This document shows, piece after piece, positions 49,262 through 58,937 of a stretch of DNA of 64,000 bases. This stretch comes from Candidatus Thorarchaeota archaeon (lineage in GTDB: Archaea > Asgardarchaeota > Thorarchaeia > Thorarchaeales > Thorarchaeaceae), in NCBI GenBank assembly GCA_004524445.1, contig SDNP01000006.1, positions 1-64,000 of the forward strand, in the 5' to 3' direction. Made by a program: the position numbers and the translations under genes. Within the stretch, counting starts at the first letter, position 1, and each line of letters opens with the position of its first letter. The notes under the pieces are model-generated. The model was not told the DNA's origin. It saw only the letters and a program-made list of their open reading frames with translations, and searched no databases.

Positions 49262-50323
49262 TTCTCTTTTTCCAAGCAAGAACTCCTCTACCCATCGTTC
49301 GGCTCTGTACATCTTGGTTGGTTTGGGTGGCATCTTGAAACCATATGCTGAAATCGATTCAAGTGCTCCTCCGATTCCTCTATTCAGCGCTAATTTTGTA
49401 CCTCTGATAGCGTCGAAAAGTATGGGACCCGCATTAGGGCCATCTGTCACTTCCATCCTAATGTCTATCTTGATGGGTGCTCCACCAAATTGACGACCAT
49501 GAATATAGAAGTATGAGTCACGAGAGTTGTCCATAAACGGAACAAAATCTGATGAACCAGCCACAATTGGTGCATCATACGGAACGTCTTGACCCACTGC
49601 GGAGCTTTTTACTCCCCGTTTTCGCATGCGGCCTCGATAGTGTGAGTCTAGAGACTCAGCACCTCCTCCTACGTCTAGCTGGTAGCTTTCATCGATCTTG
49701 ACGCCTCTTGATACGAGTAACTGCATCAGGTTCCTATGAAGTACCGTTGAGCCAAGCTGGTCCTGAATGTCGTCTCCAACAAGAGGTATGCGTTTGTCTT
49801 TGAATTTCCTGTCCCATTCCGGATCTGAGGCTATGGATATCGGTGTACCGTTGATGAATGCACAACCAGCATCGAGTGCTGCCTGAGCATAGAATTTCGT
49901 CGCCTTTTCTGCAGAGCCAGGTATAAGACAAATCACCATGTCCGCTCTGCTGTCGCGCAATACATCGACTACATCTGCTTCTTTAGCATCAGAAACATTT
50001 GCGAGCGCCTTGAGGTTCTTGTCTACTCCGTCTAGCTCTCTTCCTCGATGAACTTTGACGCCCGTTTTCTCTATCTTGGCAAATTTCATGACATTATTTG
50101 GCTCTGCGAAAATAGCTTCTGCCAGGTCTGCCCCTACTTTTCCTTCAACCACATCAACAGCCGCAACAAAATCAATGTCTCTCACATGGTATCCCGCAAA
50201 GTCTGGATGATCCAATCCAATAATCTCGTCACTTGCTCTTGCGTCCCTATAATACTCTACACCTTGCACCAATGCGCTGGCACAATTACCGATGCCAACT
50301 AATGCTACTTTTATGTCACTCAT
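49256..50323 (-). CDS. ino1: Myo-inositol-1-phosphate synthase
   Basis: GIGNCASALVQG, FINGTP, GDDI..QLG.T..HR, YQLDVGG, DGPNAG. Confidence 0.88.
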   Translation of the reverse strand: MSDIKVALVGIGNCASALVQGVEYYRDARASDEIIGLDHPDFAGYHVRDIDFVAAVDVVEGKVGADLAEAIFAEPNNVMKFAKIEKTGVKVHRGRELDGVDKNLKALANVSDAKEADVVDVLRDSRADMVICLIPGSAEKATKFYAQAALDAGCAFINGTPISIASDPEWDRKFKDKRIPLVGDDIQDQLGSTVLHRNLMQLLVSRGVKIDESYQLDVGGGAESLDSHYRGRMRKRGVKSSAVGQDVPYDAPIVAGSSDFVPFMDNSRDSYFYIHGRQFGGAPIKIDIRMEVTDGPNAGPILFDAIRGTKLALNRGIGGALESISAYGFKMPPKPTKMYRAERWVEEFLLGKREL

Positions 50324-50456
50324 ATCGAAAACATCCAACTTGCCTTTCCTAAGCCATTGAGAATATTTTACCATTATAAACTTTTATGGACATAGAATAG
50401 TATGAGCTCAATGCTCTTGTGGCAGTAAATTTAATTGCCTTGGCGCGAAATAATAT

Positions 50457-50684
50457 GGTGGACGACAGATTGACATTCGTGCTCCAAGTTGTAATCCCCA
50501 GGCGGTGGGATTGCTCTACTGTCAATCGGCACCTATAGGAATGTCCAGATCATTGGAGGTTCCTGCCGAAGAGGATGGTGTTCACATTGACGGGCGAGGA
50601 GCTGTTCATGTTCATCAAAAGGGGTGGACCTCAGCCTTTCGGGCGTGAGAAAAAAAAATTGGGTGGTGTCGATCGTCGTCCACC
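50457..50684 (+). ncRNA. Unidentified structured non-coding RNA candidate (~228 nt)
   Basis: Perfect 10-bp closing helix GGTGGACGAC/GTCGTCCACC, several internal helices with G-U pairs favouring the + strand, an AAATTTAAT box about 25 nt upstream, and a U-rich tract downstream. Confidence 0.6.
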
Positions 50685-50930
50685 TTTTCTTCCGATTCTC
50701 CATCTATTAGAAGTTCTAAAAGAATACATGCGATTTTTCCTAAATCGAATTGTCGAGCAATCAAGATCATGTTCATTCTTTTTTACAAGTAAAATCGCCG
50801 TTCAACTAGCATAGCATTCTTATGGCAATAGAAAACGACATTTGCATACAGCAGATTCAGGCTGCTCTTAGGATTCAAAAGAACCCTCATCAAAAGCACC
50901 CAATAATCTCCATGCCAAGAAGTGATCAAG

Positions 50931-51332
50931 ATGAAAACAGACTACGACCCGATTGAGATGGAGATTGCGGAACTAAAACCAAGAATGAAGCGTCTCAAGG
51001 TGACATTCAAGGTACTCGAAAAAAGCAATCCTCGAGAAGTCACAATAAAGCGCGATGATTCCAATCACCAGATCGCTGATGCGGTTGTTGCAGATGAAAC
51101 AGGCTCTGTTGTTATGCCTCTCTGGGACAAAATGATAGATGAGATAGAGGTAGGTCGCACCTACACACTGAGTAACGGATATACTGGCACGTTTCGAGGG
51201 AGTCTTCGGCTCAACATTGGCAAGTACGGGAAAATCACGGATGCAGAAGAAGAGATTGACGGAGTTAATCTAGAAAATGATGTATCAGAATTAGCAGAAA
51301 AACCACATTACTACCGTGGAAAGGGTACATAA
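50931..51332 (+). CDS. Single OB-fold single-stranded DNA-binding protein (SSB/RPA-like)
   Basis: IAELKP..VTFKVLEK..VADETGSV..LWD..NGY..FRGSLRLNIGKYG. Confidence 0.85.
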   Translation: MKTDYDPIEMEIAELKPRMKRLKVTFKVLEKSNPREVTIKRDDSNHQIADAVVADETGSVVMPLWDKMIDEIEVGRTYTLSNGYTGTFRGSLRLNIGKYGKITDAEEEIDGVNLENDVSELAEKPHYYRGKGT

Positions 51333-51342
51333 TATGAAATCC

Positions 51343-52572
51343 CTACTCAAGGGCTCTCGCGAGCAAATCAACAACATCTACTACATCGATGTTACTCCCA
51401 ATGAGCTCTGTACCCGCTTTGAGATTGTGTTCACAAAATGGACAAGCTGAAACAATCTTCTCGGCACCAGTGTCTTCCGCATCTCTTACTCGTGCAGAAC
51501 CTATCTTCTTGGCAGTATCCGAATCAAAAGAACGTAATCCTCCACCAGCTCCACAGCATATGGCAGTATTCCTATTCGTTTCCATCTCAACAAGCTCAAT
51601 GCCTGGAATTGATTCCAGAACATGTCGCGGGCTGTCGTATATTCCCATCTCTCGACCTATATGACACGGGTCGTGATATGTTAACCTTGTTGGACTGCTC
51701 AGAGGTTTGGGTTCTATCTTGCCATTTCGAATCAGTTCATCAGCATACTCAACAATATGGAGCACCTCCGGTAACTCAATGCCAAATCGCTCTGGATAGT
51801 CCATTCTAAGAGTCTTTAGACAACCCGCACAGGACACAACTACCTTCTTGGCACCGGTGGAGCGAATAGCATCTTCTAGCCTCTTTGCCATAGTTTCAGC
51901 TTCATTTACCTTTCCAGTTCTCAACATAACTGAGCCGCAACAGGGTTCATCGCGCAGGACTGCAAACTCACCGGGCGCAGCATTTAGAATTTTGGCTGCG
52001 TCAATGGCTATTTTAGGGATACGCATACCTGCTGTACAGCCAACATAGTAGAGGACATCAGCCTGTTCTGCAACATCAAAACCTAAGGCTTGCAACCATT
52101 CCATCTTTTCCAGATTATCATCTGAGTAGGGGTTGCCCACTCGAGTGATTCTCTCGGCGATGGAATCCCGGACCTCGTTTGGAATCTCATTTAGGACCTC
52201 ACGTACTTGCTCCAGTGCCTGAGCCGGATGGAATTCAGCGGGGCAAATCTGGTTACAATTTCCACATAAGGTACATTGGTAGAGTGAACTGGCATTCTCC
52301 TCGGTTTTCTCAAGAGTACCGTCTAGGAGGGCTAATGCAACCTGTATCTTCCCTCTCATGAAGGAGGTTTCAAAGCCACTAGTATGCTTCCATACGGGGC
52401 AAATTCCGTCGAAGCCCTTTGCTGCATAGACGGCATCTCTGCAGATTCCACAGCGTCGACATTGGAGGAGTTCTTCTCTGAGAAATTCTAGGTCTATATC
52501 AGCCATGTCAGATTCCTTCATGCACGCAGAGGTAATGTCGGCGTGAGATTTTTGGTTTATGGACTTTTTCAT
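51343..52572 (-). CDS. Fe-S oxidoreductase (GlcF/HdrD-like): 4Fe-4S dicluster plus two CCG domains
   Basis: CRRCGIC..CP, CTLCGNC..CP, YVGC, CCG..CAGC, HDPCH, CCGAGG..ACPFC. Confidence 0.9.
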   Translation of the reverse strand: MKKSINQKSHADITSACMKESDMADIDLEFLREELLQCRRCGICRDAVYAAKGFDGICPVWKHTSGFETSFMRGKIQVALALLDGTLEKTEENASSLYQCTLCGNCNQICPAEFHPAQALEQVREVLNEIPNEVRDSIAERITRVGNPYSDDNLEKMEWLQALGFDVAEQADVLYYVGCTAGMRIPKIAIDAAKILNAAPGEFAVLRDEPCCGSVMLRTGKVNEAETMAKRLEDAIRSTGAKKVVVSCAGCLKTLRMDYPERFGIELPEVLHIVEYADELIRNGKIEPKPLSSPTRLTYHDPCHIGREMGIYDSPRHVLESIPGIELVEMETNRNTAICCGAGGGLRSFDSDTAKKIGSARVRDAEDTGAEKIVSACPFCEHNLKAGTELIGSNIDVVDVVDLLARALE

Positions 52573-52606
52573 CCACCTTGTTCCCTAGTTCTTTCGTCCT
52601 ACCCAT

Positions 52607-54013
52607 TCATACGCCCCCCAATACGCCAGGGTTCATAATGCCATTAGGATCAATGGTTTCCTTTATTATGCGAATCAATTTGAGATAATCTTCCATCCCC
52701 TCTACTCCCTCAACCCAATATGATGCCAACTTGAAGGGCACAGCTCCTGTCTTGAAGATTCGCTGTGCTAGATCTCGGTGGGCGGTGACTACCTTTTCTT
52801 CCTCTTCTTGGTCTACTGGGTCCCAGTAGAGGTGTGGATACATGTTAACAGAAGTATGCCCCGTAGCAAAGCCTGCTGTGTGTCCAAGGAAACCATATTG
52901 ATCCATCACAGCCCATATCTCCTCAACAGATCTGTGCCAGTTTGACGGGGTCTGATGATGGTATAACGTCCGCCACCAGAAGCCGTGAGCATAACAAGAA
53001 CGTGCAAAGGACCACATCCGATCCTCCCATTCACCCTGAGGGAGTTCAGAAATCCCTATCACATGCCCATCGAGGGATTTGCATATCTCCTGAGTCGTTT
53101 GCACATCGCTATCCAGCAGCTCTTGCCTCACACGACCAATGATAAGAGAAATAGTGTATGGAGGCCATTCATGTTCAGGTATGCCATATTCCTGACCTAG
53201 CATATCCATGAAGAATTGTAGAATACGCCCTTCGTAGAGGGACATGAACAATGTTTTGACATCATTGTGTTTCAGTTGCCCAACAAATTTCTGCGCATCT
53301 TCTCGTTTTGTGAATCCATATGTCTGATAATATAGGTGCCTCATCTTCTTGTAGGTCTTAACAGAAACCGCTGTGATAATACCCAAGCTGCCAAGCGATC
53401 CGATAAAGAGACCAGTTATATCAGGACCGAAGGCATACCTCAAGAATGGTCCTGGTGCATGAGGATTAGCTTCACTTCCAGTTTGAATAACCTCGCCATT
53501 CGGTAAGACCACTTCGAGCCCTACAACCATCTCAGCAATGGAACCATAGGCACTCGATCCCGGCCCGGCTCCGTTGACCGCCACATTTCCCGCAATAGTA
53601 CAGCTCAATGCAGACTCAGGATAGACTGGTAACCAGAGGCCTCTCTCACCAAGAGCTTTGTCGAGCATGCCAAATGTTACTCCTGCACCAACACGGACAG
53701 TTCTAAGGTCTTCAAAGATTTCAATCTCACGAAGGCGAAGCATGTCGATCACCAGTCCATGCTCTTTGGGTAATGCCTCTGCTTGGAGACTTGATCCGCC
53801 TGATCTTGGAGTCACAAGAATGGCATGTTTGTTTGCCAGTTTCAGGATTTCGGCGACTTCTGTGGCATTAGCAGGTCTTACGACAGCTCCTGGTCTTATT
53901 GAGTTAACTCCCATGGATGCGGTTGAAGAATATGCTAGCAAAACATCATTTCTGGTTGAAACGTATTCTTCTCCAACGATTTCGATTAGGTTCCCGATGA
54001 CCTCATCATCCAT
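52607..54013 (-). CDS. FAD-binding oxidoreductase (GlcD/VAO superfamily), copy 2
   Basis: PRSGGSSL, GAGV, GNVAVNG, GSLGSLGIIT and DPNGIMNPG motifs. Confidence 0.88.
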   Translation of the reverse strand: MDDEVIGNLIEIVGEEYVSTRNDVLLAYSSTASMGVNSIRPGAVVRPANATEVAEILKLANKHAILVTPRSGGSSLQAEALPKEHGLVIDMLRLREIEIFEDLRTVRVGAGVTFGMLDKALGERGLWLPVYPESALSCTIAGNVAVNGAGPGSSAYGSIAEMVVGLEVVLPNGEVIQTGSEANPHAPGPFLRYAFGPDITGLFIGSLGSLGIITAVSVKTYKKMRHLYYQTYGFTKREDAQKFVGQLKHNDVKTLFMSLYEGRILQFFMDMLGQEYGIPEHEWPPYTISLIIGRVRQELLDSDVQTTQEICKSLDGHVIGISELPQGEWEDRMWSFARSCYAHGFWWRTLYHHQTPSNWHRSVEEIWAVMDQYGFLGHTAGFATGHTSVNMYPHLYWDPVDQEEEEKVVTAHRDLAQRIFKTGAVPFKLASYWVEGVEGMEDYLKLIRIIKETIDPNGIMNPGVLGGV

Positions 54014-54037
54014 TCATAACGACCTCAGATGTTTGAA

Positions 54038-55447
54038 TCAAATACCCCCGAGTACACCTGGATGCATGATGTTATCTGGATCAAGAGATGACTTGAGTAC
54101 CTTGATAAATCGCATATAGCTTTCCATCTCCTCAACACCATCAACCCAGTATGGTGCCAACTTGAACGGCACTGCACCAGTCTTGAACAGCCGCTTGGAC
54201 AACTCAGCGTGGGCATCTCTAACTCGTTGTTCTTCGTCGGGATCTTCAGGGTCGAAGTAGAGATGTGGATAGAAATTATACGAACTGTGACCGCTCTGAA
54301 AACCGGCTGTATGACCGAGCAATCCGTGTTTGTCCATGACCTTCCAAATCTCCTGCACCGACATGTGCCAATTTGCAGGGGTTTGATGATGATACAAGAT
54401 TCGCCACCACCAGCCATGAGCATAGGACGACCTCGCAAATGTACGCATCCTGTCTTCCCATTCACCCTTTGGCAATTCGGGTATACCTATCACATTCCCG
54501 CCCAAGTCATCACAGATTTTGGCAGTGAGATTGACATCACTCTGAAGTTGGTCCTCTCTCAACCTGCCCAAGGTGAGAGAAACCGTAAACTCCGGCCACT
54601 CGCGTTTGGGTATACCATACTCATCTCCAAGCATATCAAGAAAGAAGCCTAGGATTCTCCCCTCATATATGGAAACAAACAATCCTTGAATTCCCTGTTG
54701 CTTGAGCTCTACCAAGAACTTCTCTGCCTGCTCTTGCTTATTGAATCCGTATGTTCCATAATGGAAATTATGGATGCGTTTGAAGACCTTGAGAGATACG
54801 GCAGTGATTATGCCCAGGCTTCCCAATGAACCGATGAACAAGCCCGTTATGTCTGGTCCGAAAGCATATCGAAGAAAGGGGCCGGGTGCATGGGGGTTTG
54901 CCTCGGTTCCTGTTTGGACTATAGTTCCATCAGGAAGTACAACCTCCAGACCAAGAACCATCTCCGCAATCGATCCGAATGCACTCGAACCAGGTCCTGC
55001 ACCGTTAACAGCAACATTGCCCGCAACAGTACAAACTAGCGAAGACTCTGGATATATTGGAATCCAGAGGTCCTTTTTGCCTAGGTGCTTGTCTAAAGAT
55101 CCAAAGGTAACACCGGCTCCAACTCGTATGCTCCTCAAATCATCGAAAATCTTGACCTTGTTGAGTCGAAGAAGCTCCACTACCAGTCCCCCTTCACTAG
55201 GTATAACTTCTCCTTGAAGACTGGAACCTCCAGATCGTGGGGTGATGGGAATCTTATACTTCCTCGCCACCTTCACAATCTCAGATACCTCTTCCGTGCT
55301 TTCTGGCCGTACAACAGCATCGGGCCGTGTGGCATCGTACCCAATGGAGGCAGAAGCAGAATACGTCAGCAGTACATCTTCTCTTGTTGAAATGTAGTCG
55401 CTGCCAACAATTTCTGTGAGTCTCTTGATGGCTTCTTCATTCAACAA
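54038..55447 (-). CDS. FAD-binding oxidoreductase (GlcD/VAO superfamily), copy 1
   Basis: Same motifs as the downstream paralog and colinear with it over the full length. Confidence 0.88.
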   Translation of the reverse strand: MLNEEAIKRLTEIVGSDYISTREDVLLTYSASASIGYDATRPDAVVRPESTEEVSEIVKVARKYKIPITPRSGGSSLQGEVIPSEGGLVVELLRLNKVKIFDDLRSIRVGAGVTFGSLDKHLGKKDLWIPIYPESSLVCTVAGNVAVNGAGPGSSAFGSIAEMVLGLEVVLPDGTIVQTGTEANPHAPGPFLRYAFGPDITGLFIGSLGSLGIITAVSLKVFKRIHNFHYGTYGFNKQEQAEKFLVELKQQGIQGLFVSIYEGRILGFFLDMLGDEYGIPKREWPEFTVSLTLGRLREDQLQSDVNLTAKICDDLGGNVIGIPELPKGEWEDRMRTFARSSYAHGWWWRILYHHQTPANWHMSVQEIWKVMDKHGLLGHTAGFQSGHSSYNFYPHLYFDPEDPDEEQRVRDAHAELSKRLFKTGAVPFKLAPYWVDGVEEMESYMRFIKVLKSSLDPDNIMHPGVLGGI

Positions 55448-55462
55448 AACATTCCTCGGCGT

Positions 55463-55792
55463 CTAGAATATGTGTCTGATTTTCATGAGGTCGGACGCAG
55501 ATCCTTTGACCTTAAGCTTGCGCCTTAGCAGCGCTGATGCGGCGCTCATCTCTTCGAGAAAGAGCTTCCTGATTGTTTCTTCATCACTTTGGATTTTCAT
55601 GTCCGGATCTTCGACGGGCCCATCTTCAACTTCTATTGTGTTATCCGCAACAACGAAATGGTATTCTCCACCGTCCTTCAAGCTCAGAAGCGCAGTTCTC
55701 TCCCATCCTTCGATGGCCTCTTTTGTCTTCTCTCTTTCCAAACCTATTGCAATCCTTTCGCGCATTAAATCAAGTAGGGGTTTATCATTCAT
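55463..55792 (-). CDS. SCP2 sterol/lipid carrier domain protein
   Basis: DGGEYHFVV..VEDG..DPDMKI..KLF..A..ALLRRKLKVKG pattern. The start is MNDKPLL. Confidence 0.8.
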   Translation of the reverse strand: MNDKPLLDLMRERIAIGLEREKTKEAIEGWERTALLSLKDGGEYHFVVADNTIEVEDGPVEDPDMKIQSDEETIRKLFLEEMSAASALLRRKLKVKGSASDLMKIRHIF

Positions 55793-56513
55793 GTTTAGCA
55801 CACCCGTATACCACGATGCCGCCCTGAACCGGATTTTATACCCTTCCCTAGTGGAGCAAAGCCAATCGGCAAAACATGAGCTGGATTCCTTTACTGGTCT
55901 ATTTGTCGAGTGCATTCAACTATAATTTGAAGGAATCCCTGATTGCACAAAATCAAATCTATTCCTTTCTAAATACCACAAGTTCGAGCAATATGAGCAC
56001 TAGTGAAAAAAAATCACTGTTGTGGAGAACACATCCCAAAGTGGTGTATTGGAGGAGATCATTCTTACTCCTATTTGCCCTATAATGAACAATGAAATCC
56101 TTGATAGGAATGTAACCCAAAAGAACGAAGTCCGCTGTTTCAAAGAATGCAAGAATGACCTCAATACTAGATGTGGTAGTTCATTATTCGAAGCGAGTAA
56201 TACTCATTTCTAAATCCTAGATGTCTAAAGGCTCCATGTGAACGGAGACAAACTGACTCATTGATTCTATAGACACAAAAACACAACCCCCCTTCCGATA
56301 TCGTTGGTTTGTCTACGTTCTTTTCCCGAATTGCCAGGTTTCATAATACTTTCAAGCATGAGCTGAAATATTTCTTACTGCAGTTGTTCATAGGTCCGTT
56401 CTATGGTTGGATATAACTACACTGCAGAATTGAACGGGCAGGAAATATATGTGCTAGACCCATCCTCATCTACGTTTCAGGGGTTTTGAGTTCGAAAAGA
56501 ATGAGGGATTTAA

Positions 56514-57035
56514 ATGAATAAGAAAATGGCCATTTTAGTTCTTGTGATTATCATAATCGCCATCTTAGCTGGATCTTGGTTCTTGCTGGTTGTAATTCCT
56601 GGAATTAGCATTGGTAGGTGAATAGTTATTGATGGAAATACAGAACTTGATGAAATGGGGTTTTCAGGTAATGGAACTGCTGATAACCCTTACATAATCT
56701 CAGATTTCACCATTCGCTCGGATATATTGGCTGATCTTGAATGCATCTCGATTTAGGGGACAACCAGATACATAATAATTAGATGTTGCTCTCTAGCAAC
56801 AAGTCGTGATGCGGCAGGTATCGATTTGGAAAATGTAGCCAATGTTGTCATTGAGGAATATGCTATATCCGGAGCGGATACTGGGGTAGTAATCTTCGAT
56901 TCGGATAATCTTATAGTAACAAATAACCAAATCTCTGATTGAGAAATGGGCGTCTTTCTCGCTCGATGTACTAACTATGTAGTTGCCAATAATACCTATT
57001 CAAACAATTTTGATGATGAAATTATTCAAGACTGA
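56514..57035 (+). pseudogene. NosD/right-handed beta-helix surface protein with three in-frame stops
   Basis: One frame reads MNKKMAILVLVIIII..GR*IVIDGN..GNGTADNPYII..SI*GTT..NNQISD*EMG..NNTY. Stops at 56619 (TGA), 56754 (TAG) and 56940 (TGA). Confidence 0.75.
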
Positions 57036-57254
57036 AACGTACAACACGAGTGTTGGGACTTGGTTCCAATGCCATATCTTTTCTTTATATATTGCGAAAG
57101 TCGATTATAAATCAGAAATCCGTAATCAAATTTTCTTGAGAGGGGTTTCTAATTAGGTCAGGAAGTTTATAGGACTTGTATCAAGCTACACCTCTCCACA
57201 GGAATGCAGACTTGACACATGGATTCCGTATGATGGAATAGTTTCCCTCCGATG

Positions 57255-57289
57255 AAAAGAAAAAAATGAACCCTGCAATTAAATGCAGG
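57255..57289 (-). terminator. Hairpin + U-tract terminator after the rubrerythrin gene
   Basis: CCTGCA-attaaa-TGCAGG with an A-run on + (U-run on -). Confidence 0.55.
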
Positions 57290-57303
57290 ATACAGAAATC
57301 ATG

Positions 57304-57888
57304 TTAGAATTTGGCCGAATGGATCATGAAATGAGCCTTTGGATGGTCGCAAGCAGGGCATTTCTCAGGAGGATATTTTCCTGTATGTCGGTAGCCGCAG
57401 TTTTGACAAATCCATTCAGTATCTTCATCCCTAGCAAAGACTCTATCTTTCTCGATATTATCCGCCAGTGCAGTAAAACGTTCATGATGCCAGGTTTCTG
57501 CTTTGGCGATATTCCGCCAGGCTGTCGCAATCTTGGTAAAGCCTTCTTCATCTGCAATATCTGCAAAGCCCGGGTACATTGTGGTAAACTCGTGATGTTC
57601 ACCATCTGCGGCAGCTCTTAGATTCTCAACAGTATTGCTGAGAGGACCTGTCGGGAACTCGTAGCCAATCTCTACCCCGTGCCAATCCCCTGCTTCTTGG
57701 AGGAATTTGAAGAAACGCTTTGCGTGTTCCTTTTCGTGATTTGCAGTTTCTTCAAAGGCATTAGCAACTTGTACAAAACCTTCTTTTTTGGCAATCTTGG
57801 CAGAGTAGGTATACCTGTTGCGTGCCTGCGATTCGCCAGCAAATGACGTTAGCAAGTTCTTTTCTGTTTGAGATCCTTTTATGTCCAT
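57304..57888 (-). CDS. rbr: Rubrerythrin
   Basis: FAGESQARNRY, EKEHAK, AADGE..E..MY, E.WH; C-terminal CQNCG..CPAC. The start is MDIKGS. Confidence 0.95.
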   Translation of the reverse strand: MDIKGSQTEKNLLTSFAGESQARNRYTYSAKIAKKEGFVQVANAFEETANHEKEHAKRFFKFLQEAGDWHGVEIGYEFPTGPLSNTVENLRAAADGEHHEFTTMYPGFADIADEEGFTKIATAWRNIAKAETWHHERFTALADNIEKDRVFARDEDTEWICQNCGYRHTGKYPPEKCPACDHPKAHFMIHSAKF

Positions 57889-58508
57889 TTTTGAGTCTCC
57901 ATTTCTTGTAATGACATATCTAATTTGGATAGCGAATGGTTTGAAAAAAACTACGGTTTTAAACATGCCCATTGAGGGCGGGGCTCGGCTCTGCACCTGA
58001 GAGGCATTCGATAATAGTTGCTATTCGTGGATGTCAGGTTTGAACCAGTGCAGATGGCTCAGATAGTGTTCCAGTCTTTGAGGTTGAGCGAAACTAAATT
58101 TTGCCGAACTCCTTTCTCAATCCATATTCTGCCATTGCCACTGGTTCCACAATATCAAGCAGCGATTCTATCATATGGCCGCATAGCTCACCTTCATTTG
58201 GAATATACTGAACCCTTGTCTTGGCAAATCGTACATTAATGCCAATTTGTTCCGAGTCGTCTTCGATATCATCATACCACGAATTCCCGTGTCTCTTTCT
58301 ACTACCGTTTCAACCAATTCTCCACTGCCCTGTCATTTAGTTACATGATTGTTATGCTCATTTGTAAGGCTCAGACTTTTTGTCAAATACTTCGATAATT
58401 AGATTTCAAGTTCCAAAATTGCACAGAATGACGACCGCCATTTGACAATCATTTTATGCGACCAAGTCTTATAGCTAATGAACGAATGAAAATGGCAGGC
58501 AGAAGGCA

Positions 58509-58928
58509 TTGAGTATAACAAGACAAAGCAGGTTAAAATCGCCATGGTTATTTCACCTTAATACTGGGTCATGCAATGGATGTGATATTGAGATTGTGGC
58601 GGCATTAACACCAATGTACGATTTAGAGCAACTGGGTTGTGTATTGGTAGGATCACCGCGACATGCTGACGTTTTACTTGTTACAGGACCAATGACTCGC
58701 CAAATGGTGAGGAGGGCTATAACGATTTATGAACAGATTCCTCAACCTAAGGCTGTTGTCGCGATTGGTGCATGTGCATTGTCTACAGGCCCGTTTTTCG
58801 GCAGTGACATGGTTGAAGGACCCGTAGATAGACTCTTGCCAGTTGATGCATATGTTCCGGGATGCCCTCCTAAGCCTGAAGCAATTATTGACGGTGTGTT
58901 GAAAGCATTGAAGAAGAAATATGGATAG
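58509..58928 (+). CDS. Group 4 [NiFe]-hydrogenase small subunit (EchC/MbhJ/NuoB-like)
   Basis: GSCNGCDIE, SPRHAD, GAC and PGCPP motifs. Confidence 0.92.
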   Translation: MSITRQSRLKSPWLFHLNTGSCNGCDIEIVAALTPMYDLEQLGCVLVGSPRHADVLLVTGPMTRQMVRRAITIYEQIPQPKAVVAIGACALSTGPFFGSDMVEGPVDRLLPVDAYVPGCPPKPEAIIDGVLKALKKKYG

Positions 58929-58937
58929 GAATGAGTA

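Noticed and set aside
50457-50684. Identification as RNase P, SRP, 5S rRNA or tRNA
   Set aside because: No SRP helix-8 motif, no proper RNase P CR-V/P4 partner, no T-loop or cloverleaf, and the wrong size for 5S.
50575-50814. 79-aa ORF overlapping the structured region
   Set aside because: No recognisable protein features; it runs through the A9 tract and terminal helix, and the RNA-structure signal explains the sequence better.
58090-58340. Protein-like broken frame on the - strand (WYDDIEDDSEQIGINVRFAK..)
   Set aside because: It contains a stop near the start and has no recognisable family, so it cannot be supported as a feature.
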